A DNA stretch of 11,787 nt from Azolla caroliniana. Its lineage: Eukaryota; Plantae; Polypodiophyta. Under the pieces are notes generated by a model. It was given only the letters and a program-made list of their open reading frames with translations, made no database searches and had not been told where the DNA came from. How positions within the stretch are numbered: position 1 is the first letter of the stretch; each line of letters starts with the position of its first letter. Positions 1 through 8,113 of this stretch are shown piece after piece. The stretch covers positions 1-11,787 of the forward strand of contig JBHGNT010001129.1 of NCBI GenBank assembly GCA_043228905.1. The letters run 5' to 3'. Both the position numbers and the translations under genes were made by a program.

Positions 1-2
1 AG

Positions 3-1184
3 CAACTGGAAGGATTCGAGAAGAAAGGGAAGGAGCACCTGGTATGCCGGTTGAAGAAGAGCCTTTACGGACTGAAGCAGGCTCCCCGGCAATGGTACCG
101 GAAGTTCGACTCCTTCATGACCGACGAAGGGTACCACAAAACGCAGTCCGACCACTGCGTGTTTGTGAAGAAGTTCGAAGGAGGAGACTCTCTAATACTC
201 CTCCTGTACGTGGACGACATGTTGATCGTCGGACGGGACCAGGTCAAGATACGGATGCTGAAGAAGGCTCTTCACCGAACCTTCTCAATGAAGGACCTGG
301 GTCCGGCGAGGCAAATACTGGGGATGCACATCATCCGGGACCGGAGCAAAAAGCAGTTGTGGCTGTCACAGGAGAAGTACGTGACAAAGGTGCTTAAACG
401 GTTCAACATGTCGGAAGCAAGACCGGTCGGATCGACCCTCCCGGCAAACTGCAAGCTGTCCAGCAAGCAAAGTCCCAAGACAAAGGCTGAAAAGGAGGAT
501 ATGATGAAAGTGCCGTATGCCTCAGCCGTCGGGAGCTTGATGTACGCCATGGTGTGTACGAGACCAGACATAGGATATGCAGTCGGAGTGGTGAGCCGGT
601 ACATGAGCAATCCCGGCAAAGAGCATTGGAACGCGGTCAAGTGGATACTCCGATACCTGAAGGGCACGGCAAACGTGTGCCTCCGATTCGGCTCCGGAAA
701 GCCCGAACTCGACGGCTTTACCGATTCGGATATGTCGGCTGATGCAGATACCAGCCGGTCCACATCAGGGTATGTGATGACGTATGCAGGTGGAGCTGTT
801 TCGTGGCAGTCGAGGCTGCAGAAGACGGTTGCGCTGTCAACCACGGAGGCGGAGTACATGGCGGCTGTTGAAGCCGGCAAGGAAATAATATGGATGAAGG
901 ACTTCATTAGAGAGCTCGGTATCCGGCAAGAGGAGTACCGACTCTACTGCGACAGTCAGAGTGCCATCCACCTTGCGAAGAACGCGGCTTATCACTCCCG
1001 GACGAAGCACATCCAGCGAAGATATCACTGGATCCGGGAAAGGATAGAAGACAAGGAGTTCGTGCTGACGAAGGTCCACACGGACGAGAACGGGTCGGAT
1101 ATGCTGACCAAGGTGCTCACACCCGACAAGCTGGAAGCATGCCGGAAGAGGATCGGATTGGAGAGACATCCCATGCCGAAGTGA
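3..1184 (+). CDS. pol: Ty1/copia pol C-terminus (reverse transcriptase RVT_2 + RNase H), Tnt1/Tork-like; 5' part lies outside the window
   Basis: Frame open from base 3 (QLEGFEKKGKEHLVCRLKKSLYGLKQAPRQWY); motifs LLYVDDML, MKDLG, YASAVGSLMYAMVCTRPDI, SRSTSGY, WQSRLQKTVALSTTEAEY, CDSQSAIHLAKN, HSRTKHI, SDMLTK; no internal stops, ends TGA 1182-1184. Confidence 0.97.
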   Translation, partial: QLEGFEKKGKEHLVCRLKKSLYGLKQAPRQWYRKFDSFMTDEGYHKTQSDHCVFVKKFEGGDSLILLLYVDDMLIVGRDQVKIRMLKKALHRTFSMKDLGPARQILGMHIIRDRSKKQLWLSQEKYVTKVLKRFNMSEARPVGSTLPANCKLSSKQSPKTKAEKEDMMKVPYASAVGSLMYAMVCTRPDIGYAVGVVSRYMSNPGKEHWNAVKWILRYLKGTANVCLRFGSGKPELDGFTDSDMSADADTSRSTSGYVMTYAGGAVSWQSRLQKTVALSTTEAEYMAAVEAGKEIIWMKDFIRELGIRQEEYRLYCDSQSAIHLAKNAAYHSRTKHIQRRYHWIRERIEDKEFVLTKVHTDENGSDMLTKVLTPDKLEACRKRIGLERHPMPK

Positions 1185-1192
1185 AGGGGGAG
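1183..1192 (+). other. Polypurine tract of the copia element
   Basis: GAAGGGGGAG overlapping the pol stop, 2 nt before TGTTGG (LTR start). Confidence 0.9.
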
Positions 1193-1212
1193 TTTGTTGG
1201 GATTACGGTCCC

Positions 1213-1388
1213 TCCGGATGGGATGTCCGGAGATGAATGACGGCAAGCCCGGTTGCGGTTACGGAACCGGATGATGAAGAGTACCCGGCATGAAGCCGGA
1301 TGAAGAGTACCCGGATACGGATCCGGATGATGAAGACCCCGGTTACGGAGACGGATGACGAATGTACCCGGAGAGAGATCCGGATGCG
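1213..1388 (+). repeat. Degenerate CCGG-rich short repeats in the LTR U3 region
   Basis: Recurrent CCGGATGA(TGA)AGAGTACCCGG-like units, related to the reverse complement of the 54-bp array at 7131-7433. Confidence 0.7.
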
Positions 1389-1463
1389 GGGACATATTTG
1401 TAAATATGTTTGCCAAGAGCCCTTGAGGCTATATTTGTAAATAGCCCGAAAGTCATATATGTG

Positions 1464-1471
1464 TATAAATA
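1464..1471 (+). promoter_or_regulatory. TATA box of the copia LTR
   Basis: TATAAATA within GTATAAATATGACTTAGGGCAAAC, a block conserved (reverse strand) in the solo LTR near 7034-7056. Confidence 0.7.
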
Positions 1472-1823
1472 TGACTTAGGGCAAACAGTTTAAACGTTGT
1501 TGTTGCTCATTTTTCCATGCGAAGTGAGAGCAGCCGAGAGAGAGAGAGAGACGAAGAGGTCGCTGCCTCTGTGTATTACCGCCGCCTGTGGCGAAGACAG
1601 TGAGCTCAAGGTTGTTGCCTTGTAGCTTCACCAGTGTACATCCCTGTTCATAGTGATAGTTGGAGTTTGAGGACTCCCGTGGTTTTTCCCATTTAGGGTT
1701 TTCCACGTTAATCCCTGTGTCATCGTGTCTTTCTCTGTGTTTCCTATTTTCTGCTCCTTTGATTCGCAATTACTCGGTTGTGGCCGAGAGAAGAAGGTAA
1801 ATCGGGGTGGTCGATTCCCTACA

Positions 1824-2324
1824 GCTGTCAGTATCTCCGAAACATGATTTAAACTCACCTAGAAACTCTTCAAAATTGTTGAGTAACAGAGATTCCTTTT
1901 CTAATAGTGGAGCGAACCATGATAATGCTGAGCCACTTAACAAAGTGCCTACTAAACCCACTCATGATGCATCGGTGGGATATCGAGAAGGATGCATTTG
2001 GATAACTAATCGTACCTGGTTAAGGAACCCTCTAAACTACGATCGCGTTCCATCGAACTTCGTGGGAAGGCCAATCTTGGGTTCTTTATGAATCCCTTGT
2101 GTTCCGGGCCCTTGTTGTTGCATCGCTACGATGGTTGCTTCGAGTTGTTGCACGCGTAACGCAAGTTCCCCATGCTGTTGTTGCGTTTGCTGCTTTTCTA
2201 AGGAGATTTGCTGAAGATCCCCCAGCAACCGTTGGTTTTCTTGTTCCAAAGCATGGAACTTCTCTTTCAAGCATTGAAATTCCGAGAAAACAGATTGATA
2301 TTCTTCAACGCTAACAGTGGCCAT
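1824..2324 (-). pseudogene. gag: Ty3/gypsy gag N-terminus (Tf1/sushi/Tcn1-type capsid), interrupted by the copia insertion
   Basis: Single frame MATVSVEE..coiled coil..EPKIGLPTKFDGTRS*FRGFLNQVRLVIQMHPSRYPTDAS*VGLVGTLLSGSALSWFAPLLE..FEEFLGEFKSCFGDTD with stops at 2037-2039 and 1962-1964; cut by the LTR end at 1823. Confidence 0.85.
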
Positions 2325-2383
2325 GGGATGAAAGAAAAGAGGAATAAGAGATAAGTAGGAAATGAGAGAGATAGAAGGTAGGA

Positions 2384-2395
2384 AAATTGGTTCAA
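2384..2395 (-). other. Putative self-priming primer-binding site (not tRNA-like)
   Basis: Minus-strand TTGAACCAATTT begins 2 nt after the LTR end (..CCTGACA); exact 12-nt complement of minus-strand AAATTGGTTCAA at 2618-2607; no TGG tRNA-type start. Confidence 0.7.
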
Positions 2396-2502
2396 ACTGT
2401 CAGGAACAATACCAAGACAGAGAAGGAATTAGTACTAAACGAAGGATTAGTACTATGAGAGGTGTAGAACTTCTTCGAGAGAAGGAAGGAGTGAGGGAGA
2501 CG

Positions 2503-2538
2503 GAGAGAGAGAGAGAGAGAGAGTGTGTGTGTGTGTGT
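2503..2538. repeat. Compound microsatellite (GA)10(GT)8
   Basis: Read directly from the sequence. Confidence 0.95.
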
Positions 2539-2605
2539 GATGATAAGAAAGATATGTATTATATGAAGAGAATATACAATGGTGGCTAAAAGGCTTAAGA
2601 CTGGC

Positions 2606-2626
2606 GTTGAACCAATTTGGTTCAAC
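2606..2626. repeat. Perfect inverted repeat, 10-bp arms with 1-nt spacer
   Basis: GTTGAACCAA-T-TTGGTTCAAC. Confidence 0.95.
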
Positions 2627-2644
2627 ATAATGCCTAGTGCCCTC

Positions 2645-2651
2645 TTTTATA
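2645..2651 (-). promoter_or_regulatory. TATA box of the gypsy LTR
   Basis: Minus-strand TATAAAA, 33 nt upstream of the PBS-complementary 12-mer. Confidence 0.7.
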
Positions 2652-2667
2652 GTGTTTTTAGGAGGGC

Positions 2668-3950
2668 GTTTTGTTGCGGAGTGTGTCGGCAAGCGAATTC
2701 TCGCCGAATTCCTTCCTTTCGGAGATACGTCGTGAAATCGTCGGAGAAGTACTCCTTGCCGCCATCCGATCAAAGACAACGTACATGTCGGCCCGTGGCT
2801 TTCTCGACTTCATTCTTGATTGTTTGGAAGTGTCTGAACACTTCGCTCTTTTGCCGCATCAGGTAGATCAAAGTGTACCTAGAGAAGTCGTCGATGAAGA
2901 GCACGTAATATCGGCATTCGCCGAATGTCGTCGTCTATGCCGGTCCCCATACGTCGGAATGGACTACGTCGAGTAGACCTTTGCTCACATTCCGCTCTTT
3001 CGGGAATGGGTGTCGGTGTTGTTGGCCGAATTGGCACGTTTCGCATACACCTTCAATCTCCTTCTCTTTGAATGTCGGGAGTCCGATGACAACTCCTTTC
3101 GATTTCATTGCTTTGAGCTTTTGGAGATTTGTATGGCCAATCCGCTTGTGCCATAACTCTATGTTGGAGTCGGCTTTCATGCCCTTTGCGAACATGGCCG
3201 ATTTCATCTCGTGTGGGTCAAGAATGAACATTTGGCCCTCTCTTCGTCCGCGTGCGATGAGTCGGCCCTCTTTTTCGATGAAGTAACCGCCTTTGATTAA
3301 ATCGAACTTGCATCCCTTGCTCTACAATTTGGCCAACGGAGACCAAATTCTTCGTAATGGTCGGTACATGCAAGACATTTTTAATGTAATTTTGCTTACC
3401 TCCTTTTCCGAACGGAACATTGCCAATGTGCCGAATCGGGTGCGTAGTGTCATCTCCGGTTTCAATATAGCCGCGTCGGTTCGTGTCTCGAAGTTCTCGA
3501 AACCATTCTTGATGCGATGTCATATGGTTCGAGGCACCGGAATCGACAAACCATACGTCTTCCGGACCGGAGGCACTAATTGAGGTAGCAGCCGACATAG
3601 AGTTTACTCTATGTTTCATCATGAACATTCCGCCACGGTCAGAGTTGTACGCATACATTCCACCACGATCTTCGTAGTCAGAGTTGTGCCCGTACATTTC
3701 GCCACGGTCAGAGTTGTATGCATACATTCCGCCACGGTCTTCGTAGTCGGAGTTGTGTGCGTAATTCATGAGTTGTCGGCTTGTGGAAGCCGATTCACGC
3801 ATCTTCTTTCGGCACTCTTCGTCATGGTGGCCGAGCTTTCCGCAATATCCGCATTCGGTTGCGTTTTGACGGCTCATGTCGGAGTGGAAGCTCCCCCTTC
3901 TTGCGAAGGTTCCTCGTCTCCCTCGCTTTTCGGTGGCTCTGTCCTCGTCA
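2668..3950 (-). pseudogene. Decayed Ty1/copia polyprotein fragment: gag zinc knuckle, protease, GAG-pre-integrase, integrase core (truncated)
   Basis: CGYCGKLGHHDEEC; WFVDSGASNHMT; VLHVPTITKNLVSVGQ; LWHKRIGH..CETC; VHSDVWGPA*..YYVLFIDDFSRY..CL*SDGGKEY..HTPQQN then abrupt break; frameshift near 3285 and at least two in-frame stops; upstream boundary approximate. Confidence 0.93.
3625..3762. repeat. Coding tandem repeat: 2 x 69 bp, each a 30-bp plus a related 39-bp subunit
   Basis: Units start ACATT at 3625, 3655, 3694, 3724; encode YAHNSDYEDRGGM/YAYNSDRGEM/YGHNSDYEDRGGM/YAYNSDRGGM. Confidence 0.92.
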
Positions 3951-4744
3951 TCGGCTTTGTTGCTTTTCAGTGTCCATGTCCCATCGTCTAGTTGTTGCCG
4001 TTGCCGTTTGCCGTTGCCATGGCTGTGCATTTCGGATATCGTCTCCGTCGCTCTTTATCTCTGTCCGGCCGTCGTCCTGTTGTCTTCTGGTCGTGTGTCC
4101 AGTCCATCCGTCTGTGTGGTCGCCTGTTCGACCCATTTGTCCCATCCTACTGTGTCTTGTGTCTTTTTGGTCGCCTTTGTCTAGTGCATCCGTCCTTAAC
4201 TTTTTGGCGTTGTTGGTTGATGTCTAGTTTGCGTATGCATCTCCATCTCCGTCTTCTTTGACCCTTCGGTGTTAACCGACTCCAGTTCTAGTTCCGATGC
4301 CATCCAACCCATCGTTTCGGCAACTCTGGCTGTCTGTTTAGGGTTTCCGGCTGCCACCATTCCTTCCGGCCGTCGGCTGTTGTCCGTCTGGCTCGTCCAG
4401 CTGCTTCTTCGGTTACTCTTCCGCTGATGTCCGGTCGTCGGTCCGACTATCTCCATCGTCCGACACATTCGGCTTTCTCTGTTCGGCCTGGCTGTTGCTG
4501 GTACGCCACCACTTTAGCCGTTGGTATGTGGCCACTGCCGTTTGATCGTCGTCCCGGCTCTGTCACCGTTCCGACTGTTCGGCCCGTCTGGCCGACTATA
4601 TGGTGGACGCCGTCTCTGGTCGTCTCTGGTCGTTCCCTCAATGGCAGTCAACATCCATGTCTCTGTTTGTCCGGTGGTCTTCGTCTGTGTTAGGTGTCTC
4701 CGACCGTGTCTTCCTCTTCCGACCATGCATTCGGTCCGTCGTTT

Positions 4745-5212
4745 CTATTGTGACTCTAAACAGCTCTTCATCCGGAAAGTCGTCTGGGACTCCGTCACCG
4801 GTTTCGTCGAAATCTAACCAGCTTAAATAGTCTGCTACCGCATGTTATATGTCGGGTCGGTGGAATATCTCGAACTCGAATTCTTGGAATAGTAACGTCC
4901 ACCGGGCCAACTTACCAGTGAGTGATGCTTTGGACACGAAATATAGGAGCGTCGAATGATCTACGTGAAAGGAAAATTTCCTTCCCAATAGATAGTGTCT
5001 AAACTTGGTGACACTATAGATCATACCCAAGGCCTCCCTTTCCGTTGTGGAATAATTCTGTTCCGCTTGGGACAACTTCCGGCTGGCATAATAGACTAGC
5101 TGATACTATTTCGGTTTTGTCAGTTGCATCAGTGCGCTCCCGATTGCGATGTCGGTCACGTCAACGAACACATGGAACTCTTTGGACCAATCCGGAGGTT
5201 GCACCACCAGCC
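4745..5212 (-). pseudogene. pol: Ty3/gypsy (non-chromovirus-like) RT-connection/RNase H fragment
   Basis: VVQPPDWSKEFHVFVDVTDIAIGSALMQ..*..VYYASRKLSQAEQNYSTTEREALGMIYSVTKFRHYLLG..VDH..GKLARWTLLFQEFEFEIFHRPDI*HAVADYLS..PDDFPDEELF in one frame, stops at 5106-5108 and 4845-4847; boundaries approximate. Confidence 0.92.
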
Positions 5213-6625
5213 CGTGTACTGACACCAGACGACGATATGTCGTTCTAATATCCCAGATACCAGGATGATCCGGACGCGGAAGTCCACATCTGTTATCGGT
5301 CGGCAAAGGAGTACAGAGTGTGAAACGGAGGAGTTATTTAATTATTAGGAATGGTTGTAAGTAAGCTATTAGTGTGGACGGACGGACCGGAATCGGTATG
5401 CCGTTCCGGATCCGGAACGGCATACCGATTCCGGTCCGTCCGTCCACACTAATAGCTTACTTACAACCATTCCTAATAATTAAATAACTCCTCCGTTTCA
5501 CACTCTGGACTCCTTTGCCGGTCGGTAACAACATCCATGCGTTTCAGCAGACCTGGGAGGCGAACCATGTGTCCCAACGCTTAAATGCAGTCGAAGATGA
5601 ACGCTCAAAAAGGGCAGAGTTTGGCATGACCTTGGAGGGACCGGCCGCCAGATGGCACCGAACACAAGATCCCAACACCATCCCCACTTTTGAAACATTA
5701 AAGACAAAAAATTTGCATTTCTTTCACAAGGAGATGGACCAACGGGAAATGGTAGACTTATTTTACAACATCCGGCAGGAACCAACGAAGAACATTCAGC
5801 AATTTGTCATCCGGTTCCAGCGGATCGACAGTCAGCTCAACCGGACACCACCACAGGAAGAAACAAAGGCCATATTCTTAGCAGCCCTCCGGGAACCCTT
5901 ACGTACGGTGTGCACTGTTATTGATTTCTGCACCAACAACATAGATCAAGTGATCGACCGAGTTCGGGAAATGGAAACCTCAAGTTCATGGCTAACCATG
6001 GGCACACTTCAGCGGGCACTACCAACGGAAGAGGACCTTCGTTTCCGGCAAGCAGTTCAGTGTACGACATGCATGAATGCCGGACATTTGGCGCTGGAAT
6101 GCACCATGCGTTCCCAATGCTTGTTCTGCCACTCCAGAAGTCACACAATGGAATGGTGTGAGTATAACTTGTTAAATCAGCAAGCACCACCAGTCCGGAA
6201 AATTGAACCACGGAGCAACCAGGAGGAAGAAGAAGAATGTTGGCGACGAGAGGAGCGCTACCGACCGGCACAAGATGTCCGGTACAGCGATCGAAGAGAC
6301 GCTTATGACCAGTATGACAGACAGGATAGATACCGGGACTATAATGGACGGTACGAGAGATACAACCGGGATCACTCCCCTGGTTACAACCACCGAAGGG
6401 ACGACTATGGCAAGTATGATGACCAACACCGTCAAGGTTACCGAAACAAAAAGAATTTCAAGAAACGTCATTTCAACAAAAAGGGGGGTCATCCACGGAA
6501 ACCAGAAAAGGGCGCTCCAAGCAACCAACCAGACCAAAACCAAGCACTTACCACAAAACCTCCACCAAGCACACACGCCGAATCCAGCGACACCCGGAAG
6601 CCGTACCGTCGTGGTTGCCAAAAGG
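5213..6625 (+). pseudogene. gag: Ty3/gypsy gag (capsid + two CCHC knuckles + R/D/Y-rich tail), truncated at both ends and split by the 5291-5530 insertion
   Basis: Removing the insertion and one TSD restores the frame YPRYQDDPDAEVHI|HAFQQTWEANH; FGMTLEGPAARW, IRQEPTKNIQQFVIRFQR, CTTCMNAGHLALEC, CLFCHSRSHTMEWC. Confidence 0.88.
5291..5530. mobile_element. 240-bp spacerless palindromic insertion made of two inverted copies of one LTR terminus, with 5-bp TSD ACATC
   Basis: Arms 5291-5410 and 5411-5530 are reverse complements with 4 mismatches; TGTTA..TAACA ends; ACATC at 5286-5290 and 5531-5535; right arm matches 7939-8059 (7 substitutions, 2 small indels by eye). Confidence 0.95.
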
Positions 6626-6669
6626 TGTTGTATGTTTTAAGGTTAGGGTTAATGGTAATGATGATTATC

Positions 6670-7452
6670 TGACGGGAACTCAACGCTCCTTATACACAAC
6701 GCTCGGCCACAACCGAGCTTCTTTTCATACACAGGAAACAGGAAACGAAAACACGCGACACAAAGGAGAGAAAAAAGGGTACACAGAATGTTTACGTGGA
6801 AAACCCAAAGAGGGAAAACCCACGGCAGCCCACAGGCTGCAAACTATCACTAAGTTGGAATGTACAAAACAGTGAGTTCACAAAGGCAACGACCTCGTGC
6901 TCACGATCTTCGCCACAGGTGGCGGTTACAACAGAGGCAGCGACCTCTCTCTCTCTCTCTCTCTCTCTGTACACTGTTACATGCTCTCTCTTCTTCTTGC
7001 ACCAACAAGGAAAAATGACAACAACTACTAAACGTTTGCCCTAAGTCATATTTATACTAATATGACTTTTCGGCTATTTACAAATGTAGCCTCGATGGGC
7101 TCTCAGAAACATATTCACGAATATGTCTCTTCATCCGGTTCTCACCGGGTCTATACCATCCGGCTCTCCGTAGCCGGGTAATCCTCATCCGGTCTTCACC
7201 GGGTATATATCATCCGGCTCTCCGTAGCCGGGTACTCCTCATCCGGTTCATACTGGGCCTGCACCATCCGGCTCTCCGTAGCCAGGTACTCCTCATCCGG
7301 TTCACACAGAGCCTGCACCATCCGGCTCTCCGTAGCCGGGTACTCCTCATCCGGTCTTCACCGGGTCTGTATCATCCGGCTCTCCGTAGCCGGTTACTCC
7401 TCATCCGGTCTTCACCGGGTCTGCACCATCCGGAGGGACCTGTCTCCCAACA
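6670..7452 (-). mobile_element. Solo LTR of a copia family related to the 1195-1823 LTR (783 bp)
   Basis: Minus strand TGTTGGGAGACAGGTCCCTCCGGATGG...TTCCCGTCA; TSD TTATC at 6665-6669 and 7453-7457; shares TATA block, GA run and GGGTTTTCCACGT with the first LTR. Confidence 0.95.
7131..7433. repeat. 54-bp tandem array, about 5.6 copies, in U3 of the solo LTR
   Basis: TCATCCGGT recurs at 7131, 7185, 7239, 7293, 7347, 7401; each unit has two CATCCGG-led halves. Confidence 0.95.
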
Positions 7453-7690
7453 TTATCGATGACGAAGATATACATGGTGTAATAATGAAGATGATGGAGA
7501 GTATGATGGTGAGAGAGATCACGAAGATGTTGACAAGCATTGAAAAGCATTGCGGGGTGGGGGGGTGGTGCCTAGAATGGCTCCAACCCCCCTCCCAAGG
7601 GGGTTCAACGTTAAGGGGAGGGAATGTTAACTCTTAGGGCCGGACAATGGCCTAACATAGAGTGTCTACGGAAGACACTTCACCAAAGGG

Positions 7691-8059
7691 TGTTACGGCA
7701 ACCGGATTAGACTCAACGCTTAATCCGACTCAATTAAGTTACTTAGCATGATCGTCTTTCATAATCACACGCGTAAGATATAACAATTAAGACAGAACGA
7801 CAATTAACACACAGAGATAACAACGCTAAGCTTTTATTAATTAACCGCTATTCATTACATTGTATGCGGGCCTTTAAATAGGTTTCCGGTCTGTATTACA
7901 AAACGGTGCCATCCGCACCTGTTCGGGATCGGTTCGGATCCGGAACGGCATACCGATTCCGGTCCGTCCGTTCACACTCATAGCTTAATTACAACCACAT
8001 TCCTATTACTTAAATAACTCTCCGTTTCCCACTCTGGACTCCTTTGCCGGCCGGTAACA
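7691..8059 (-). mobile_element. LTR (369 bp), probably the 3' LTR of the minus-strand gypsy element
   Basis: TGTTAC...GTAACA terminal inverted repeat; minus strand shows TATTTAAA (7880-7873), AATAAA (7838-7833), then a GT-rich tract; the 8059 end is independently supported by the end of the palindromic insertion. Confidence 0.82.
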
Positions 8060-8061
8060 CA

Positions 8062-8078
8062 TGGCACGCCCGTGGGAC
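8062..8078 (+). other. tRNA primer-binding-site-like sequence (probably tRNA-Arg), oriented opposite to the element's ORFs
   Basis: TGGCACGCCCGTGGGAC 2 nt after ..GTAACA; resembles the TGGCACGCCC(A/G)GTGGGAC tRNA-Arg PBS of Tat/Retand-type elements as I recall it, with a 1-nt gap. Confidence 0.7.
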
Positions 8079-8113
8079 AGTACCTTGTACGTCGAATCCA
8101 CAACCGACCCTTG

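Larger units (their letters stand above)
1195..1823 (+). mobile_element. 3' LTR of the copia element (629 bp)
   Basis: TGTTGGGA...TCCCTACA termini (7/8 inverted match) directly after the PPT; TATAAATA 1464-1471; (GA)n run; GGGTTTTCCACGT motif; homologous to solo LTR 6670-7452; gypsy gag sequence begins at 1824. Confidence 0.92.
2398..2667 (-). mobile_element. 5' LTR of the gypsy relic, U3 end truncated
   Basis: Minus strand: TATAAAAG (2651-2644), CA/CT microsatellite, ends ..GTTCCTGACA at 2398, then PBS-like site, pyrimidine-rich leader and gag ATG; abuts copia integrase sequence at about 2668. Confidence 0.7.

Noticed and set aside
272-907. 211-aa minus-strand ORF
   Set aside because: Antisense to the conserved copia RT/RNase H; a common shadow frame
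2398-2627. Complete 230-bp LTR starting at TGTTG (2627)
   Set aside because: A TATA box lies just upstream at 2651-2645, so the LTR more likely extends further and is truncated
5291-5530. Conventional DNA-transposon MITE or miRNA gene
   Set aside because: Arms are LTR-terminal sequence, and TG..CA ends with a 5-bp TSD fit a retroelement integrase rather than the 2, 3, 8 or 9-bp TSD superfamilies; no expression evidence for a miRNA
5515-6672. 385-aa ORF as an intact gene
   Set aside because: Its start lies inside the palindromic insertion and its end runs into unrelated sequence; it is a truncated gag
7131-7433. Regularly spaced repeats resembling a CRISPR array
   Set aside because: Whole units repeat with no unique spacers, the array lies inside a TSD-flanked LTR, and no cas genes are present
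6626-7657. TGTTG...TAACA as an older solo LTR hosting the copia solo LTR
   Set aside because: Flanks AAAGG and TAGAG do not form a TSD and there is no second copy in the window
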